DNA of 64,000 nucleotides from Escherichia coli (GTDB lineage Bacteria; Pseudomonadota; Gammaproteobacteria; Enterobacterales; Enterobacteriaceae): NCBI RefSeq assembly GCF_044647545.1, contig NZ_CP172818.1; one strand, 5' to 3'. Shown piece by piece: positions 55,557 to 64,000 of this stretch (position 1 is its first letter; each line of letters starts with the position of its first letter). The notes under the pieces were generated by a model. It saw only the letters and a program-made list of their open reading frames with translations, ran no database searches and was not told where the DNA came from. The position numbers and the translations under genes were made by a program.

Positions 55557-55582
55557 GCGCCAGCTCTGCCGCTGGCGTTTTT
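55557..55582 (+). terminator. rho-independent terminator after purN
   Basis: gcgccagc tctgcc gctggcg followed by ttttt. Confidence 0.7.
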
Positions 55583-55711
55583 CAATTCACCTGTAAATCG
55601 CAAGCTCCAGCAGTTTTTTTCCCCCTTTTCTGGCATAGTTGGACATCTGCCAATATTGCTCGCCATAATATCCAGGCAGTGTCCCGTGAATAAAACGGAG
55701 TAAAAGTGGTA

Positions 55712-59324
<3,613 letters not shown>

Positions 59325-59330
59325 TGCTTT

Positions 59331-59357
59331 GCGGGCCGACGAGAAATGTCGGCCCGC
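59331..59357. terminator. 10-bp perfect stem-loop between ppx and pdeF (convergent terminator)
   Basis: gcgggccgac gagaaat gtcggcccgc. Confidence 0.5.
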
Positions 59358-59362
59358 ATTAT

Positions 59363-61606
59363 TCAGGCACTTTCGCGAATGGGTTCGATTTCATTCAGCG
59401 TATCAATTAACGGTTGCGGCTTACCAATAAGATAACCCTGCATATAATCGATCCCCAAAGAGAACACCGCCTCGCGGATCTCTTCGTTTTCAACGTACTC
59501 TGCCACTACCCGCATTTTCTTCATTCGCGCCAGGTGGCAAATCGACGCCACTATCTGATAATCCAGACTATTTGACACAATATTGCGGATAAAACTGCCG
59601 TCAATTTTAAGCAAATCGGCATTCACATTTTTAAGCCGCGCATAGCTGGCATAGCCGGTGCCGAAATCATCAATCGCAATCTGGCAGCCTAATTCCTGAA
59701 GATGCTGCAAGGTGATTTGCGCCTGCTTAACATTTGTCAGAGCATTACTTTCGGTGACTTCAAAAATAAGTTGCCACGCTTCAATTTGATATTTAGCCAG
59801 CAGCTGACTGACTTCAACGGGAAAACGAGCCTGACATACCGAGGTTGGCGACAGATTAATCGCAAAACGGTGAGCGGGCATCTTCGCTCTGTTTTCAGCC
59901 ATAAATTGCAGCGTATGCTCAATGACCCACATGTCGATACTCGACGATAAACCAAATTCGTGCGCGACCGGCAAGAAGCTGTCGGGGCTGATCAGTTCAT
60001 CATTCTCACCTTTCATGCGCAGAAGAATTTCATGGTAAACATCACCACGCATACCGGTAATCGGCTGGGCCATCAGGAAAAAATGGTTGTGTTCCAGCGC
60101 CTGCTGTAGCCGATTCATCATCGCGACTTTATCTTTCAATTCGCGTTGCAAATACATTGCCCCGCGACGCTGCATATTTTCCGGGGCGTTGGTCACGATG
60201 GAAAGCTCGGCGACCGTATTTAGCTCTCCCAGCAGCAGGTAGATATGATTCACTGGCGAGCGCACATAGCAGTAACTGACGCCAATCTGCGGTTGCATCG
60301 GCATTCCATCCCAAAAGAAACGAAATTGCTTGAGATGGCTATCCAGTGCGGTAATGCGCTCCTGGTGCGATTCTGTATTCAGTCGCAGCGCGAGATCGTT
60401 ACCCGAAAGCTGATAAACATCTTCACCCGGTTCCAGCAAGGGTGACAGCCAGTGAGAAAGTTTTTGCTTGTATTGAATCCGTAGCATGATGCCATAGTTC
60501 TTAACCAGCATTTCCATGCCAGGGATGCGTAAATAACAAAGCGCAGACCAGGGGGCATCACGCAACGCGCGATTCAGGGCGCGAACATTTGGCAGATGAA
60601 CCACCGGGTCCACATACGCAAGCCGCTGAATGCGTCTGACTACCGCTCTCTGACGGGTTGCCAGTACAGCCATATAATTGACAATAAAAGAGAATACCAG
60701 ATAACTGGAGGAGGTTATGGTCAGCTGCGTGGTATAGCCAGGATAAATGGGAATGTAATTTTGATAGCTGTGGATGCTGATCATCAACACGACCGCCCAG
60801 AGCAGCGAAATCAGCTTATAACCATAGCGCATCGCTCCCCACATCATCAGGGGCAGCAATAATGACAAGGTATAGTTGGTGCTAAAAATTGTGCTTTTTT
60901 CATTTAACGGCATGCATAACAGCAGCAGTAAAGCACCTAATGCCAGTAGCCAGAGTGCGAACTCTTTTTTGGTGACTTTGACATCAACCTGCTGTTTTAA
61001 TTGCGAATAATAACTACGTAAATAAAACGGATTTCGCACTACACGAATGATGAAGTAGCACAGCGGGACACCAATCAGATTGCCCACCAGTAAGGCCTGA
61101 TAATTGATTAAGGTCCCGAGGTTAAAAGGCATGACGCCGACCAGATTTTCTCTGCTCGCCAGTAATCCTACAAACGCAGCAAACTGGAAAAGTATCAGAA
61201 ACAGCGTTGCAGGAAACACAATCTGCCAGAATATACGCTGGGAAATTAAACGGGTATCACCATGTGAAACGTTGTTACGCCGGGGAGTAAAGACCCTGTA
61301 ACCGCCCCAACAGAGAATGATAATGATAATAAAATTAGCCGTTAATGAGAGCGTTTCGTAAAAACCCAGCTCTGCATATTTGCGGACAAAAATCCCTAAG
61401 GCGATCCCTGGCAATGCCGCCCAGCTGAAAAACATCATCATGCTGATCATCAGAGCCAGAGGCAGATAAAAGAGAAAAACCTCACCGGAAGAAATATGCG
61501 CGAAAGTATTAATGTGGGCGAAAATGGGCAAGATTAAAGAAGGCAGGAACAGCGGAAGCCCCCACCATTTATCACGTATTTTTATATAAGTTGCATTCAG
61601 TTTCAT
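59363..61606 (-). CDS. pdeF: c-di-GMP phosphodiesterase PdeF (formerly yfgF), membrane-anchored GGDEF-like + EAL
   Basis: 747-aa ORF; N-terminal polytopic membrane region, C-terminal EAL domain. Confidence 0.92.
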   Translation of the reverse strand: MKLNATYIKIRDKWWGLPLFLPSLILPIFAHINTFAHISSGEVFLFYLPLALMISMMMFFSWAALPGIALGIFVRKYAELGFYETLSLTANFIIIIILCWGGYRVFTPRRNNVSHGDTRLISQRIFWQIVFPATLFLILFQFAAFVGLLASRENLVGVMPFNLGTLINYQALLVGNLIGVPLCYFIIRVVRNPFYLRSYYSQLKQQVDVKVTKKEFALWLLALGALLLLLCMPLNEKSTIFSTNYTLSLLLPLMMWGAMRYGYKLISLLWAVVLMISIHSYQNYIPIYPGYTTQLTITSSSYLVFSFIVNYMAVLATRQRAVVRRIQRLAYVDPVVHLPNVRALNRALRDAPWSALCYLRIPGMEMLVKNYGIMLRIQYKQKLSHWLSPLLEPGEDVYQLSGNDLALRLNTESHQERITALDSHLKQFRFFWDGMPMQPQIGVSYCYVRSPVNHIYLLLGELNTVAELSIVTNAPENMQRRGAMYLQRELKDKVAMMNRLQQALEHNHFFLMAQPITGMRGDVYHEILLRMKGENDELISPDSFLPVAHEFGLSSSIDMWVIEHTLQFMAENRAKMPAHRFAINLSPTSVCQARFPVEVSQLLAKYQIEAWQLIFEVTESNALTNVKQAQITLQHLQELGCQIAIDDFGTGYASYARLKNVNADLLKIDGSFIRNIVSNSLDYQIVASICHLARMKKMRVVAEYVENEEIREAVFSLGIDYMQGYLIGKPQPLIDTLNEIEPIRESA

Positions 61607-61957
61607 AGATGCTCAGCAGAATCCCCCACATCCTGAAGGAGGTGTATTCAGACAGGCATCCCACCTGACTTCGAATGATGATTATTCATCACTATAGAGA
61701 GCATTGATTCTAAGTGTCATATGAAAGTTCCAATTGATATATATCAAACAAAATAACCCTGATTAATGAATTATTACGTTTATCATGTTAATTCATCATT
61801 ATTACATCATCATTGTAAATAATTAAATTAACTTCCATAACATTAAAATATGTATCCACTGACGCTTTTTTACATAACGAAGAATTGACCATTTTGTCCT
61901 GTTGTGCCTTAATGTAAGTACCGTCCACAGCGTGGGACATACTTCAAGGAACCTTTT

Positions 61958-62149
61958 GTGAGTCAGGCAACCAGTATGCGAAAACGACACCGATTTAACA
62001 GTCGCATGACCCGTATCGTACTGCTCATCAGCTTTATCTTCTTCTTTGGCCGTTTTATCTACTCGTCCGTCGGTGCATGGCAGCACCATCAGAGCAAAAA
62101 AGAAGCTCAGCAATCCACACTCTCCGTCGAATCACCGGTACAACGTTAG
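61958..62149 (+). CDS. yfgG: small membrane protein YfgG
   Basis: 63-aa ORF MSQATSMRKRHRFNSRMTRIVLLISFIFFFGRF... Confidence 0.8.
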   Translation: MSQATSMRKRHRFNSRMTRIVLLISFIFFFGRFIYSSVGAWQHHQSKKEAQQSTLSVESPVQR

Positions 62150-62459
62150 CGGTTACCTTCTCCACTTTCACAGGACATAACGGCACCTCGCTGTCGGATG
62201 CTTTTGCTCTTTGGGATTATCAAAGCGGCAGATATTCTTTCATCTTAAATTTTACGTCTTTGTCCTGACTGATGTTTATCCTGTTTGGCTGCGAAATAAA
62301 TATAAAATTAATACATATGTTTTAATGATGTATTTTTATAAATTATTTTCCACATGAATTTTAATAAATTTAATCTATTCCTTTATACGCAATACATTTA
62401 CTTTCCTCTTTTGATGATCTTAAATGTCTTATTTTTCGTAATGTGTATAACAAGGAATA

Positions 62460-62978
62460 GTGATGAAATTTAAAAAATGTCTTCTGCCTGTGGCAATGTT
62501 AGCGTCATTCACTCTGGCAGGATGCCAGTCAAATGCTGATGATCATGCCGCCGATGTTTATCAAACCGATCAACTGAATACCAAACAAGAAACTAAAACC
62601 GTTAATATTATTTCCATTCTTCCCGCAAAAGTTGCCGTAGACAACTCCCAAAATAAACGAAACGCACAAGCCTTCGGCGCGCTTATTGGTGCAGTCGCTG
62701 GCGGTGTAATCGGCCACAACGTGGGGTCTGGCAGCAATTCCGGAACGACGGCAGGTGCAGTTGGCGGCGGAGCTGTTGGCGCGGCAGCGGGTTCTATGGT
62801 GAATGATAAAACCTTAGTGGAAGGTGTTTCTCTAACGTATAAGGAAGGCACCAAAGTGTATACCTCCACCCAGGTGGGTAAAGAGTGCCAGTTTACGACA
62901 GGTTTAGCCGTTGTTATTACCACGACGTATAACGAAACGCGTATTCAGCCAAATACCAAATGTCCTGAAAAGAGCTAA
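62460..62978 (+). CDS. yfgH: outer-membrane lipoprotein YfgH (glycine-zipper)
   Basis: 172-aa ORF, lipobox LAGC, Gly-rich repeat. Confidence 0.88.
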   Translation: MMKFKKCLLPVAMLASFTLAGCQSNADDHAADVYQTDQLNTKQETKTVNIISILPAKVAVDNSQNKRNAQAFGALIGAVAGGVIGHNVGSGSNSGTTAGAVGGGAVGAAAGSMVNDKTLVEGVSLTYKEGTKVYTSTQVGKECQFTTGLAVVITTTYNETRIQPNTKCPEKS

Positions 62979-62993
62979 TAATCAGGAGGAGTC

Positions 62994-63533
62994 ATGAAGA
63001 AAGTTTTTCTTTGCGCCATCTTAGCCTCCTTTAGCTATCCGGCTATCGCCTCATCATTGCAGGATCAACTCTCGGCTGTCGCAGAAGCGGAACAGCAAGG
63101 TAAAAATGAAGAGCAAAGGCAGCATGACGAATGGGTCGCGGAGCGCAACAGGGAAATCCAGCAAGAGAAGCAACGTCGCGCAAACGCCCAGGCCGCGGCT
63201 AATAAAAGAGCGGCAACGGCAGCGGCAAATAAGAAAGCTCGTCAGGATAAACTGGACGCCGAAGCCACTGCGGACAAAAAACGCGATCAAAGTTATGAAG
63301 ATGAGCTACGCAGCTTAGAGATTCAGAAACAAAAACTGGCACTGGCGAAAGAAGAAGCCCGCGTTAAGCGCGAAAACGAATTTATCGATCAGGAACTGAA
63401 GCACAAAGCTGCGCAAACCGATGTGGTGCAATCTGAAGCTGACGCAAACAGAAATATGACTGAAGGCGGTCGCGATCTGATGAAAAGCGTGGGCAAAGCA
63501 GAAGAGAACAAATCGGACAGCTGGTTTAATTAA
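62994..63533 (+). CDS. yfgI: DUF5384/coiled-coil periplasmic protein YfgI
   Basis: 179-aa ORF, signal peptide then charged coiled-coil-like sequence. Confidence 0.88.
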   Translation: MKKVFLCAILASFSYPAIASSLQDQLSAVAEAEQQGKNEEQRQHDEWVAERNREIQQEKQRRANAQAAANKRAATAAANKKARQDKLDAEATADKKRDQSYEDELRSLEIQKQKLALAKEEARVKRENEFIDQELKHKAAQTDVVQSEADANRNMTEGGRDLMKSVGKAEENKSDSWFN

Positions 63534-63575
63534 TCGATGTAAGTAACTTCAAGCCTATAATTCTTGAAGATAAAA

Positions 63576-63603
63576 AACCCTCTGTAGTAACAGAGGGTTT
63601 TGT
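63576..63603. terminator. bidirectional rho-independent terminator between yfgI and guaA
   Basis: aaaaa ccctctgt agtaa cagaggg tttt. Confidence 0.8.
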
Positions 63604-63627
63604 TCATTCATAGTGCAGGGATCAAAA

Positions 63628-64000
63628 TCATTCCCACTCAATGGTAGCTGGCGGCTTGCCGCTGATGTCATACACCACGCGGGAAATACCGTTCACTTCA
63701 TTGATAATGCGGTTGGAAACGCGACCGAGGAAATCGTACGGCAGATGCGCCCAGTGTGCGGTCATAAAGTCGATGGTTTCGACAGCACGCAGAGAGACAA
63801 CCCAGTCATACTTACGACCATCGCCCATTACGCCAACGGAACGTACCGGCAGGAAGACGGTGAACGCCTGGCTGACTTTGTCGTACAGGTCCGCTTTACG
63901 CAGTTCTTCAATGAAGATGGCGTCAGCACGGCGCAGCAGGTCACAATACTCTTTCTTCACTTCACCCAGAACACGAACGCCAAGGCCTGGTCCCGGGAAC
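63628..64000 (-). CDS. guaA: GMP synthase GuaA, 3' (C-terminal) part; gene continues beyond right edge
   Basis: Reverse-strand ORF ends ...[15 protein letters not shown], the GuaA C-terminus. Confidence 0.9.

Overview
This window reads as a contiguous stretch of Escherichia coli K-12-type chromosome. Gene order, protein lengths and spacing match what I know of the region: distal eut operon (eutH 5' end, eutG-J-E-N-M-D-T-Q-P-S, minus strand), maeB, talA-tktB, ypfG, nudK, aegA, narQ, acrD, ypfM, yffB-dapE-ypfN, ypfH, tmcA, ypfJ, purC, bamC-dapA, gcvR-bcp, the 12-gene hydrogenase-4 locus hyfABCDEFGHIJ-hyfR-focB, perM, bepA, yfgD, hda, uraA-upp, purMN, ppk-ppx, pdeF, yfgG, yfgH, yfgI and the 3' end of guaA. 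I found no rRNA, tRNA, CRISPR array, IS element, integrase or prophage gene. The one thing the native gene map does not explain is a non-coding block of about 0.7 kb between eutS and maeB (roughly 7959-8699). Its right-hand 420 bp is extremely A-rich on the + strand, with G near 4% and homopolymer runs up to 11 nt, and it has no credible ORF. It looks foreign or artefactual rather than like a gene system; I could not identify any novel protein-coding system in this window. Everything else is known biology; I report regulatory sites I can read directly (sigma54 and CRP-like sites upstream of hyf, BaeR box upstream of acrD, cre tag next to maeB/talA, sigmaE promoter for bepA, PurR boxes at purC and purM, the upp T-tract promoter, REP elements, terminators) and several start-codon corrections to the supplied ORF track. 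All database-type statements (protein lengths, regulon membership) are from memory and were not searched.
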